A DNA stretch of 64,000 nucleotides from Squalus acanthias (lineage: Eukaryota), in contig CM059438.1 of assembly GCA_030390025.1 (NCBI GenBank), forward strand, positions 31,372,001-31,436,000, given 5' to 3'. Every line of letters starts with the position of its first letter. The stretch's first letter is position 1. Positions 25,563-38,152 of the stretch are shown here, one piece after another. Under the pieces are notes generated by a model, which was given only the letters and a program-made list of their open reading frames with translations, made no database searches and was not told the DNA's origin. The translations under genes and the position numbers were made by a program.

Positions 25563-28404
25563 TCAGGAAACCCTCAGCGCAGAACAGAATGGAGACTGAA
25601 TCCCACCACCATTTCCTTCCCATCCTTCTCAGTAATGCCCCGACTAGACCGGGACACTGAGCTAATTTGGAGGCCGACTTTCCTTTCATTTTCCGACATG
25701 TACTTGCAGCACCATTATTATATTATTATTATTGTTACATTTTTATAGCATATACTCATTTGTTATTCCCCAAGGTTTAGTAATATTCCAGATGACATTC
25801 AATTTAATGTTAAATGCTTTTGATGGGATGCCTGTTGCTCCCCTTGAAGCCTGCCACAGCAAGTCTCCAGCCCCAATCTGGTGCCAATCCCAGCAGAGGA
25901 CAGGGAGCCTGATCCCGCATGCAAATTACCCTAGGGCCAAAGATACTGCTGGGGTGGTGGTGGGGGGTGGGGGGGGGGTTCATCTCTGAGGCAGGCTGAA
26001 GCCCTGTCCCACTGTACATGGCCCTTAATCGGTATGCCTAGATCATTAAATTGGCGATCACAGGAAATACTCCTCAGGCAAAGCAATAGCTTGCTCTACT
26101 CAAATGCCCCGGGACTGGAAAATGTCCACTTAAAAATAAAAGGTACTTAGCTTGTCTGACCATAAGATCACTCAATTGTAGTTTGAATTATAATAAAGAA
26201 CAGTAGCACAGAAAAATGCCAAGTGGTTTGCATATCACTGTTTCAGTGTCAGTGCAGTCTTTTAGACATTTAGCTTGATTGTCAAAAAAACTCGCCACTA
26301 GGATAATTGACAGAATAGAAGCTATTTGTGTGACTGTATCTGTCATTCTCCGCTGTGTTCAGTAACCTTTCTGTGACCTTTATTGCTAGTTTGCATTGCT
26401 CCTGGTGACTCCTATTCTGGATTCTGTGCTTTGGGAGGTCACAAAGACTTTTATTTCATATGGAAAGTATGTAAATTTCCCTTTTGTTTGAACATTCTAT
26501 GATGCAAGTGCTTTATAAAAATTTGTGACAGTTCTGACAAAACCCTCTCTTTTTTAACAGCTTCATATTGCATTTGAAAAATCTCTAATGGCAAGTACCA
26601 GTTTGCCTAAAATCAGTGCAGAGTAAGAATAGCTGGAAGAATAAACTCTTCTCATCAGTGATAAATTATGTGCTGACCTCCAGAACATCTCTTCTCAGGA
26701 AGCCTGAGGAATCGTCACCTCATTCAGTCTGCTTGACGGAGCTTATTTTAAAATCTTTTCACTGATGTCAGCCTGGGATGAATTGGCCAGGAGAAGCATG
26801 TTTATAGACTGTGTGAAGAACTTTGTCTTTGTGTGGGAATGTTGGTGACACTGTTATGGTTTGCTTGAATGAACTGTGATGACGCAGCTAATAAGGCATC
26901 CCGCTGGGTGTCATGGCAGGCAGTTTTCAGACCTCCCACCTAAACTCATTCAACTCCAGCCACTGTGGATAATTTTCTATTCCCAATTCTTCCTCCACAA
27001 AAAGCAAAGTCAACTTTCACAGGGAATGTGAGATAAGTACTTTAGGAAATAATCTTGTAAACAAAATGTTACCTTCTGACCTGCAGCTGATACCTTGACT
27101 TAGAACAATTGAATGATACAGGCTATCGTATTAGGCATGGCAATTAACTGAAAAGGCAACTGATCCTCCTCACAGAATGGCTACCAAATGTTATAGCAAA
27201 TCAGGGGGCTGTTGGCCTCTTTGTCGTTTTACCACTGCAATGTCTGACATGGCTATTTTTGTGCTTTTTGTCCTGTTTTTGACTTCTCAAAAGCTTATGG
27301 TATACGGCAGTATTGAATTGAGAGGAAAACATAAGGCTCTAAGCTCTCCCATTATCCCAGTAGCACTGCCTGGCCTTTGAAAGATGACTCTGGAAGAATT
27401 ATTTCTAAATGATGTGGAGTTTATTTTGGTTTTTTAGGAAGGCCAGGTCTGAACGTCAAGCTGTTTTATCTACAGGAAGCAGAAAAGGTCCTCTAAATTT
27501 ATTATTTTTGGGGGAATTTTTTATTTCAATTTAGGACTCAAATAGCCACAGTTTATTTTTTTCTTTACTTTTATTTATACATATTGGTAACTATTTGTGT
27601 TAAGGAGAGGGGTATATCAATACAGCACTTTTTCAATCAAGGTACTCAGCATCAAACTTTCCCAATTATGTATACCGCAGTCAGATGCAGAGTAAAAACA
27701 CAATGAAGGCAAAATTCTTGTTTTATACACTTTTTTTATTTGTGGAATTACATATTAATTGATAAAAGATGTGATATAAATGCAAGTTGTTGTTGTATAA
27801 TATGTGAAAGAAAAAAACAAGCAAAAATACAAATAAGGAAGGAAAAACAAAAGGCCAACATCAGACTATATACAGCGGACTAGCAACAGTGCAACAATAA
27901 CGAACTTAAGAAGATTACAACAGTAAAACACCTGAGGCAGTCAACAATAATGCCAAAATATCATATGAACTAAGACAAGGGGTATTGCAGTGAGAGTTGG
28001 TGACAGTGACTGCGCTGAAGAGAATGATGGTGTTTTTACACTGGCACATGTTTAGTCTGGATTCCAGGAGATTGGTGTCTGTGTTGGTGTTGCCAGCTAC
28101 CAATCTTTACAAAGTTAAATCCAGCTATTTTATCATGGTGGCTGTTTTTTGTGAGTCTACTGTCCTGCCCCTGGGATAAAGAAGCATTTTAACCACGGAG
28201 GCTTGACACCAGACCGATGCTGGTCTCTAGAATCCAAACTAAACCAGCACCAGTGTAAAGGCCAATTCGGGCCCAGTTTCACTCAGACTAGGACAATAAA
28301 TCTTGGACTTTACACTAGGAAAAGACTCTGGAATGATTTTCAGGGTTCTGAAGAAACAGAGTAACAGAAGGAATGGGCACTTGGGGCAGACAAGTGGATA
28401 CCAA

Positions 28405-28980
28405 GGGGAGAATTTTAACCGCAAAAAACAGGTGGGTAGGAGGTTAAAGTGGTAGAAGCCCGGCCCCAACTCGCCTCCAACCCACCCACTGGTTTTAACG
28501 GAGGTGGGACGGGGAGCAGGTGGCCAACCTGCTCCCAGGAGGCGGATTGGCACTTTAAATATTATAATGAGGCTGTGTGCCTTATTCTGAAGCTTCATTT
28601 AAAATTTAACTCTGGGCGGCCGAGTTTCCCAAGCCTCGGGGAACTCGGCAGCTAAAGGGAGGCGAGGACTGCTGGATCCAGGAGGTAAGTGCCTTTCCAC
28701 TGATCTGCTGGATCCAGAGCCCCTGTCTCGCCAACCTGTCTCACCCCTCCAATATCCACCCACCCCCCCCACTCCCCATCCCGGCCTTCCGACACCAACC
28801 CCCATCCCGGTCTTCCGACTCCATCCCCCCACCTCCAACCTGGCCTCCGATCCCTCCCTTTTTCATTAAATTTAGCTGGGCCTGAGGGAAACCCGTTCTT
28901 CCGGGTTTCCCGTCCACCATCCAGCCCCCGCCCATCCACCTCCCCACCCCCGCTCCCTACCTGCCTCCAAGTTACCTCTA
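28405..28980. mobile_element. MITE (family of 2873/12507)
   Basis: Left GGGGAGAATTTTAACC and shared core; contains GAG|GTAAGT at 28685; right end approximate. Confidence 0.72.
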
Positions 28981-29562
28981 GGAGGCTATAAATCAGTGGA
29001 AAATGGGCAAATAATAATATAGGGAGAGGATGGTAGTATTTACAAAGCATGTCAATATCGTACATGCATGTTTGTGCCCTAACCCTAACCCTCTTGCCAA
29101 TGCTACTAAATATGAGGTACCTACTTCCAATTAGTACATCTTTCTTATCTCGCTGCATATCCTCAGCTTTAAATATGGCGAGGGAAAGGTTAAATGTAAG
29201 AACAGATATAAAATAAAGGCCACTCACAGAATAATAGACAAAGTTCCAGAATTCAATTACCAAAGCACTGGGGAAAACTGCAGAATGCCATGTAATAAAA
29301 ATGTATTTTGACTTATTTAGTCACTGTAAATCAATGATTCTGATAATACATTTTGCATTACCTGTCAAGACACCCCTATTGTTAGAAAACAATGTACTAT
29401 CCAACTCACCCTGAGCAATGTCATGGGGATCTACTAGTTTATAATATAACATTTGAGATTTCGTGTAGTTTTATCCAAAATGGTCCAATTGTAAGGGTCA
29501 ATACATCGATCCCACACTTCCGGCAGGGAGCCACTCGCGACTTCTTTTTGTTCCATGGGCTT

Positions 29563-29818
29563 GAAAGAAAGAAAGAAAGACTTGCATTTCTATAGCGCCT
29601 TTCACGACCACCGGATGTCTCAAAGCGCTTTACAGCCAATGAAGTATTTTGGAGTGGAGTCACTGTTGTAATGTAGGAAACGCGGCAGCCAAAATTGCGC
29701 ACAGCAAGCTCCCACAAACAGCAATGTGATAATGACCAGATAATCTGTTTTTAGTGATGTTGGTTGAGGGATAAATATTGGCCAGGACACCGGGGTTAAC
29801 TCCCTGGCACTTCTTCGA
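29563..29818 (-). mobile_element. 5'-truncated Deu SINE, antisense to INPP5A
   Basis: Reverse complement of the 3' half of 25094-25562, with a (gaaa)n tail. Confidence 0.92.
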
Positions 29819-29907
29819 CACTTGACACTGTTATGTTATTTAAAATGAATAAAACTGAGCTGAAAGTGTATGGAAAATGCAAATAAATTTCTCTTTCCTC
29901 CCTCTAG

Positions 29908-29992
29908 GATTGCAGACCAACGATATGAGAAGGTGCCACACTTCCTGTTTGGTGACTTCAATTTCAGGTTGGATTCTAAAGGCGTTATCGAG
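29908..29992 (+). CDS. INPP5A: INPP5A internal coding exon (85 nt), containing the 5-phosphatase GDFNFRL motif
   Basis: Pyrimidine tract ctctttcctccctctag (AG 29906-29907) and donor GAG|gtaggt. Reads (R)IADQRYEKVPHFLFGDFNFRLDSKGVIE, matching recalled vertebrate INPP5A IIDQRFEKVSYFVFGDFNFRLDSKSVVE. Phase 2 start, phase 0 end. Confidence 0.96.
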
Positions 29993-32900
29993 GTAGGTGT
30001 TGCCAGGCAGAAGTCCCATCATGCTCCATTTCAGCTCCAATAATGGCACCATTAACATTTTTACCCTCTAGTTTCACAGCATGCTCAAGCGTTAGGTTGG
30101 GTTTTCAAAGGGGACAAACCTCTTGCTAAAGTTGAAGTTACAGTAGAATGCCAGGAAGCATCACGTAAAAACTCTTGAGGAGGGGAGAGGGGAGGTAGAA
30201 CTTCCCTCCTGCATATTTATACCCCAATTAGTCACAATACGCAGGAATCATAGAAATAAACTATATCTCCACATGCAGCGTTCACCCATATACATTTAAG
30301 TAGAGTGACCATTAGCACTGACACTATTAACTCGAGTTACATGCCTATCTTTTTTAAAGAGAAAAAGTTGTCATCATTTTTTATCACAACGAATGGGTTA
30401 TCTTACACAGGTGATCTAATTCCCTTACCCATTTTGTTCTGGTTTGTCGACTGTGGAGTAATGTCACCTGGAGAGTTGTACCACTGGTATGGGCACTGAG
30501 CCCAGAGATATGAGTGCAGCGGATTTGATCATTTACAGATAATTTGGATAAAAAGGAAGATAAGTTATAGAAGAATAAATAGGGTTAAACAAAAGAGAAA
30601 TTACAAGATAAAATGAGTAAGTAAAAGAAAATAAAAAATTAAATATTGGCAAATATTGCAGAATAAAGAAGGTAAGTGTAAATTCTTGACGGTATTTGCA
30701 TACAATTAAATAACTTGTTAGCCTGGTACAATGGACATTTCCAGGGTACGTATGAAATGTATCAAATAGTTTGATTAACTTTCCTTCCATATTTCCAAAT
30801 ATTCACTAAAGCTGTCCCATCGATTTAGTGCGCTCAGTTTTTATACAGTGGATAATGAAAGCTTCAGGTTCATGGGTGAGTAATGGATTTTATTCAGTAC
30901 AGGTGAGGGAGAGGAGCAAGACAAATCAGATTTCACCAAATGTCTGAAATGCTGGGATGTTGGGAAAGCATTAGGACTGGACAGGGTTATTTAAGATGTT
31001 AGAATGGGACTGTAAAATAAATCACTATCTATTACCATAGGATTAAAGTATTTTTGTTTTGGCACTATCGATCTGCAGTATAAAGTAAGGCAAGAGAACT
31101 CTTTTACAAATAAGTGCAAGGATTCTGAATGTGCTATTTATTGAACAGTTGATTCCACTCCCACTGAAGCCTTTTACTAGCAGGTTTAGTTCAAATTCAA
31201 TCTAAAGTTGACTAATGGTGCATTTACACTGCAAGTTTTGTACTCGTGCAAAGCTGTTTTGATTTTGCACCAACTTTAAACTTGCAGAGTGTAATTTGGT
31301 GTCAAGGCCTGTAATGACTCCAAAGTGAAGTGGGGTGAGATTACCTCTTCCAGACCATCTCACTCCTCTTCACTTTAGTGCCAGAACAAGTTTTGATTCT
31401 GGATGCAAGCTAGACTTATACCATAACTGCAGTGAAATTGCTTCACATCCACACTACAGTTATGGTGTGAATGCACCCTAACTGTAAACAGAGACTTGGA
31501 GTGATTCTGATGCCCAGCATTAGAGACCGTCTGGAAATGCCAGTCCAGCTTTTACTGACTACCATGCTTTGTATCTGAATATCTTCAGTTCTGCGATAGA
31601 CTGAAATGAACTGAAGCAAGATGAAGATCTGTGGACTAATGTTAATAGACATGGCTAAAGGTGCTTACCCTAGGAGTACGAGTAATTACATTTGAAGTTT
31701 TGAGAGGACTCTTCGGATCTGGAGAGCTGATGTATGTGTTCCACAGTTCTTTGTTTATGCAAGAATCCTGCAGCTGGGGAGTTCGCCTCTTCTTTCCTGT
31801 AGAGATCATGGAGGGAAAGCTATTTTTAGGACAATTTTATTTTGATTTGTAGTACCAATCACAGTCAGTTAGGAATCAATATTCACATTGATCCCAATTA
31901 AATTACCTTTACTTTCCTTTTTACATTTTCCTTTTCTTTAAACCTATGAGTGAATTGGATGATCGTGCAGGAGGCAGGATTACAGCCCAAGAGAGCTCAT
32001 TGTTCGCTGCTCAGATTTAATATTTGTTTCAGCCTCTTTGGACAACAGTACTCAGCCTCCACTTAAATTAGGCCATTCCAAATAATAAGAAATCATAAGA
32101 ATGGTCGAGGATGAGAAAAAGCCATTTGGTCCACTGAAGCTCGTGCAAAAATTAGCAGCTCCTGCCAGAAGTGTCCACCTAAAGAACTCTGGTAAACTGC
32201 TTGAACTGCTAGCAAAGTTTATTAATCCATGGCCTGCATGAATAAGTACCCATGGCCTGCAAGATGCGTGGGGATCTTAGTTGGTCTTTTAATACCAGCC
32301 TGCTTTGAGTTCAACCATAAAAGAACTAGTTTTACTCCGCCTTGACTTTCAATAGGAGCCAATGGATGATGAGCTCATTATTCTAAATAGCTATTTATTC
32401 AGAATGGATTTGAATGGATTTCTGTTGTGTGAATGGGGCTTTAGCCTGCATTTCTCATTTAGTCAATTAAAGGACTAATTTTGAAGCTCAGATTGTGATG
32501 AGCAGAACAGTGTATTTTACAGTTACTATTTTTTTGTAGTCTTTCTTTATCTCCAGATATGTATGTCTCCTTCTTAGGAGATACTTCCATATTGGTCAAG
32601 CTTTGGAATGACATTTCTCCCACTGATTACTTATTGAAGTTGTTTAATCAGTTGTTAATGATACTGCGATATGCTGTCCTAATTACTGTAATTTTAAAAT
32701 GTCTTTGCAGAAGGCATTGCTGTAGCTGACATTAAAGCGCCTTTTGACATGTCATAATTCAATGTCCTGTTAAATCATTGTTATAGTTTTCAGACTTTAG
32801 CTCCACTCAAACTTGAACCACAGCAATGTCATATTGACAGTGAATATCCAAACGTTTTCAGTTCCCTTCCTTTTGATGAATGTTATAATGTTTTCTCAAG

Positions 32901-33189
32901 TTTATTTTAGTACCAGGATTTCCATTTGGAGTGGAGGAGAAATGGTCTTTGCACTCCCTTCCAATTGGTAGAACATTTCAGGGGCAGAGAATGTAAATAT
33001 GATGTCTGTAACATGGAGGTGAGCAGGGATATGGAGAAGAACAGTTGTGTGGAATATCTTTCTTTTGAAAGAGGCTATGGAAGCGATAAATATAAGATAG
33101 CATGAAAGATATTGTACCTCAGCGTTACACCCAGCCCCGTTTACTCAGATTAACTCGGTACATTTTGTCTTTATGCCTGGCTTAGGCTT

Positions 33190-34170
33190 GGGATAGTTTT
33201 CTAACAAACAAGAGCCCCAAAAACCGGTGGGGTGCAATCCCAGTGTAATCAGCAGAATCACGCCTGTTAGTGCCCTCCAGAGCTTGCAGGGTCAGCGGGA
33301 GGGCACCTGATTTACATGTGACAGGCGAACGCTAGCATCACTAAAGGTACCTCTCCGGCAACTGTGCAGCTGGAAAATCCATTGCCTGTCCGCCATTACC
33401 TTCAGCTCCCTCTGTAAAGGGGCTGATCAAGATATTTTGAACAAATGTTTGCCATTGTTCACGGGTCCAGGCAGGGCCCACTTATACCTATTGAGAGGCT
33501 GGTACACCTCATCTCACTGGGTGTATCGGCTCCCAGGACTACACCGGATCCCGAATGAGCCGAGGAAGTGGGAACTCCTGGCATAGGGAGTCCCTATTTG
33601 TATTTGTCTTGTAAGGAGCCGGCAGAGCTTCCATTCCTTTGAAAGCAGGCCAGAAAATCCTGGAAACAGCATATCGTGGTTCCCGTCATTTTCTGGCAGG
33701 TTCCATCGATCCCCGTCCCCCCCCCCCCACCCCCGAGTTAGGGTTGCCAAATCTGGTTGGACATATTCCTGGAGGTTTCATCATATGACCTCCTGCCTCC
33801 AACCGCCCCGGCCCCACCCTCCCATCATTGGTCATCCTCGTAGTGCACAGCCTTCCCACGCCAATTGGAAAGTGAGCAAACTCTTAATTACTTGATTGGA
33901 TGAAGCGTGACCATCGGTCAAACAGCCATTATGATTATTAATCAAAAGAGTTCAAAGAAAATGGGGGGGAAAAAATGGGGGGAAAAAAAACACAACTTTT
34001 TTTATACGCTCCTATGATTTTTCTCCTGGGTTGCGGAAGATTAAGCTTTAATTCCTGGAGACACCAGGACAACCCTGGAGGGTTGGGGACCCGAGTTAGG
34101 GCAGGTGTCTGGCGGACACCGCATGGATGTTTGGGGCCAGGATGGTTTTTTGCACTCTACTCAAACTGAT
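33190..34170. mobile_element. GC-rich MITE with a nested TAGGGTTGCCA-type (hAT-like) MITE at ~33739-34090
   Basis: Inner element starts tagggttgccaa and ends ggagggttgg; cccgagttaggg is duplicated at 33732 and 34090. Outer limits approximate. Confidence 0.55.
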
Positions 34171-35117
34171 TTTATTACGTATTATTTATTACTTCTGAGC
34201 AAATCTGTTCAAGGTTTTAAAGGGCCTGGCTTTACCTCCTTTGTTTCTTTGCTACATTAAAGAACTAAAGAGCAAACATCACTTCATTGCCTTGTTGCCC
34301 TGAACACCTAATCAGCACCAATTGCTGGAGCCACCGCACTACTTGTAATTGGTGCTTCTTTGTCACTACTGAGATAATGCAGATTTCAAGCTCATTATTC
34401 ACCTAATCACAGCCATCACAGCTGTGTTTATTCTGAAAGTGCATTGTTACCACTGCTGTTTATGCCCATTATAGTGGAGGTTAGAATGGGGATACAATTC
34501 ATTTAAAAAGTCAGAAGGAGAGAATGCTGTCCTGAAAGAAGCCATATCTTACACTGGGAACAAAAGGGAAATGCAGGACAATCCAGCCATAAAAGAGGAA
34601 TTTTCGTAATGAGCGTGGGAGGGTGTTCACGTCAGCTGGCAAAAAGAATTGGAGAAGTTCCTCTGCATCGCTGTTCAAAGTCACACAGAGATTTACCTGA
34701 AGGGTAAATGTGAAAGCTGTTTAGGATTTGGAACCCTATTGAAGTAGTGTTTGGAAATGTTTAAACTTCATACATCATCAGGATCGTGTACTGAAAAGCT
34801 GGTTCAGATGAGGCACAATGGTAATTCCTGGCTTGTTTACATGCCACTGAGCTAAATGTTTTAAATCTGACCAGTAGTTACTGATGCGTAATAAATATTC
34901 AAAAGCAGCAAATTTGATGAGTCTTGCCAGTCTCCAACTGGGCCATGAGGTGGAGCTCTCATGGTGACGGGAGCACTTTATTTTGGGGCAGAGGAGCTGG
35001 AGAAGAGAAATTGGAAGCAAACCTTTTCCAAAAAGCGGTCCTGCAGTTGGCAGCATGGTGGCCAGGGAGAGGTGGGTTTCCCAGACCATCCTGCCTTTCT
35101 GACCAAATGAGGTCATT

Positions 35118-35560
35118 TAAAGAAAGACTTGCACTTATATAGCGCCTTTCACGACCTCCGGACGTCCCAAAGCACTTTACAGCCAATGAAATACTTTTGA
35201 AGTGTAGTCACTGTTGTAATGTAGGAAATGCAGCAGCCAATTTGTGCACAGCAAGCTCCCACAAACAGCAATGTGATAATAAAAGACAGAAAGAAAGACT
35301 TGAATTTATATAGCGCCTTTCACGACCACTGGATGTCCCAAAGCGCTTTACAGCCAATGAAGTACTTTTGAAGTGTAGTCACTGTTGTAATGTCAGATAA
35401 TCTGTTTTTAGTGACGTTGATTGAGGGATAAATATTGGCCAGGACACTGGGGATAACTCCCCTGCTCTTCGAAATAGCACCATGGGATCTTTTACGTCCA
35501 GCTGAGAGAACAGACAGAGCCTCGGTTTAATGTCTCATCCAAAAGGCGGAACCTCCCTCA
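35118..35560 (-). mobile_element. Deu SINE with a second SINE tail nested inside
   Basis: Tail 35118-35280, second tail 35281-35393, then resumption at cagataatctg and the Deu domain. Confidence 0.88.
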
Positions 35561-35789
35561 GGGCAACTAGCGATGGATAATAAATAATGCCTTGCCAGTG
35601 TTGCTTAAAAACAAATAAATTATCGAACAGAAAAAGTGACTATTTATATTTAGCCATAAAATTAGATTTTTTTTATATCACATGTGAAATATAGACAATT
35701 GAATAAATATTGTGCTCCAAAAAGAATATTGTGACAAATCTCTACTACTGAAGCCTCGGAAGCAGTCAATAGTTCACTTCAGTAAGTGG

Positions 35790-36110
35790 AAACAGTCCTG
35801 CTCCCCCAAGGTCCACAAGGTAACCTTAAAATGAAAATTTAAAATTTCCTGGGCCTCTTATGGACCTCGATCCAGATCCTGGCAGGTTTGGCCTGGTGGG
35901 GAAACCATGACCGCTCCCTCGCTCAGCCTCAGGTTAATATTTGCAGTCTGGCCCCAGTGACGTCATTGGAGCCCGGTCTCCATATTTAAAGAAGGACCCT
36001 GCCGGCTTCAGGCGGGCGTGCTTGCTGCCTGTAATTTAAAACTGCAGTCAACCAGATCAGGTCGGGAAGCCAGTGGGTAATTCTCCCGTTCCATTTTAAC
36101 TGTCAGGCAA
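35790..36110. mobile_element. MITE-like remnant with TGACGTCA and TATTTAAA
   Basis: GC-rich island with gtgacgtca at ~35957 and catatttaaag at ~35981, as in the Harbinger promoter modules. Confidence 0.4.
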
Positions 36111-36489
36111 TTTCCCTCATTGAGTATAAGATTCTTCTGTACGTGATAGACCATTCCAATCATTTCTCATGAAGCTCTCACTATATGGACAGTTAAAGGG
36201 GCACTTTTTGATTTAACAGTTTATATTTCAGTGATTGTGCTCCATGTGAATGGGAGGCAAATTGTTCAAGTTTGTTGCAATTGTGTAAGATATGATGAAA
36301 TGACCAAGATACAGAGTTTACACTCAGATTTCTCAGGTTTCAGCCACGTATTGCACTTGGGTAGATTTTCCCTCTCCTCTCTTGTGGTGAGCTACCTTGT
36401 CCGCTGCAAGCACATATAAAATCGTGCCTGCACTGCCCATGATATTATGCTGCATGCATGCAATGAGCAAGGTATCTCCCTGTGGGTGA

Positions 36490-36910
36490 GGGTCAAATTC
36501 CATTGGTCCTACTCTGCCAGCGGAGGTCCAGTGGATAGTGACCTGAGTGTGCCCACAGTGAAGGAATTCGAGCAGGTTCGCAGTCGTAAGTTTGTTGGTT
36601 CAAGTCCCACAGCGAGAAATGGAGCAGTGAGGCCAACCACTGCCTCACTGCTCAACTTTAGTTTCTCTACCCCCCTCCACTGTCAGGACCACTGCTGGTC
36701 ACCCCTTCTCTGCCCATTGCATGTAAATGCTAGTGGGGATAAGGGGCCTGGCCTCCCATTCGATTTCTCTCCCATTTGCCCCAGTTACCACCATTTCCCC
36801 AGGGCTGCCTGGCGGAAGGTGGTGTTAGGCCCAGGGTAATAGTGGGAAGGCTTCACAATTCTTTAAAATGGATGGAGCGATCCCTCAATTTCTGCTCCAA
36901 AATTTCACCC
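36490..36910. mobile_element. GGG-ended MITE
   Basis: GGGTCAAATT ... AATTTCACCC (9/10 inverted match). Confidence 0.55.
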
Positions 36911-37442
36911 ATTTATGGCTCATTCTAAAGAATTTGATAAATATGTCTTCGGGGCATTTCTATGTCCCTGAGCTCCCTTGTCACATCTTGTGGTGTAGTG
37001 CCACTGGGATTTTCCTGCTTTTCACTGGCAGGCTCGCTCATGTATAGCAAATTACCCCTAACCATGGGTCATGGTCGGGTGGATTCAGAGGGGTGGGCTG
37101 AAGTACCACTCCGCTGGAACTCAGCACTGAAGAGGACAATCTAGCCCGACATGTTTCTGCCACATGATCCATGGTAAAACTATCCCATTTGTGATGTATG
37201 ATTTGGCAGTATTGGAAGTCCTCCCAATTTGTCTGTCTTATCCACCAGTGTCCTCTTGATCTCCATTTGCCTCTGACTGCTATCTTTTAGCAACTACTTG
37301 TAATCTTTACTGTGGCAATCTTCCATTCGAAGAAGCCCACCTCTGTCAAAGTCAAGTAGTCGCAGAGCAAAGCCCCGTACAATCAAGCCATTCCACACAG
37401 ATGCACCATGCTCAGGAGCATACCTTGCCATGTGATTGACAG

Positions 37443-37882
37443 TTTGGCTCAGCGGTAGCACTCTCACCTAAAGTTTGTTGGTTCAAGTCCCACTGCAAGA
37501 CTTTGAGCATATAATCTAGGCTGGCACTACTGAGAGGTGTTGCATTGTCAGAGGTGTTGCATTGTCAGAGGTGCTATCTTTTGAATGAAATGTTAAACCA
37601 AGGCCCTATCTGCCTGTTCAGATGGATATAAAAGATCCCATGACACTATTCAAAGAAGAGCGGGAAGGTCTCCTGGTATCTTGGCCCAACATTTATCCCT
37701 CAACCAACACCACCAAAACAGCTTAACTCATTTCGTGTTTGTGGAACCTTGCTGTGTGCAAATTAATTGCCATGTTTTGTCTACAAACCAACAGTGACTA
37801 CACTTCAAAAGTAATTTGATGGCTGTGAAGTGATTTGAGATGTCCTGAGGATGTGAAATGCACTGTGTAAATACAAGTCTTC
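37443..37882 (+). mobile_element. Diverged Deu SINE with an internal 17-bp tandem duplication
   Basis: tggctcagcggtagcactctc head, Deu domain and tail; gaggtgttgcattgtca x2 at 37534-37567. Confidence 0.85.
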
Positions 37883-38059
37883 TTAATTTTGTTCTATTCT
37901 GCATATTCCGCATTGTGTTTTTCTTGCCCCGTCTCATTTTTTAAAAACGATTTATTATTCTCTTTTTTTAAAGGCCCCCAAAGTTATGCACCAATTTGCA
38001 ACACAGGGGGGCAGGTTACCTGCTTCGAAGCCTCTGCAATGCAGCTCTCATGTGCTAGT

Positions 38060-38152
38060 TGCTAACTTACCTGACGAAGGAGCGAACTGCTTCGAAAGCT
38101 TGTAAAATTAAATAAATCTGTTGGACTATAACCTGGTGTTGTGCGACTTCTC
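38060..38152 (+). mobile_element. Penelope-like element terminal fragment
   Basis: ctgacgaaggagc..cgaaagcttg..aataaa..ctgttggactataacctggtgttgtg resembles the hammerhead-bearing end of fish/shark Penelope-like repeats (recalled, not searched). Confidence 0.65.
38067..38105 (+). ncRNA. Minimal type I hammerhead ribozyme motif
   Basis: Stem I TTAC/GTAA; core CTGACGA; stem II GGAGC-GAACT-GCTTC; GAAA; palindromic AAGCTT stem/loop III; cleavage triplet CUU. Confidence 0.7.

Noticed and set aside
28652-29263. 203-aa minus-strand ORF
   Set aside because: Half lies in a G-rich MITE; no recognisable domain.
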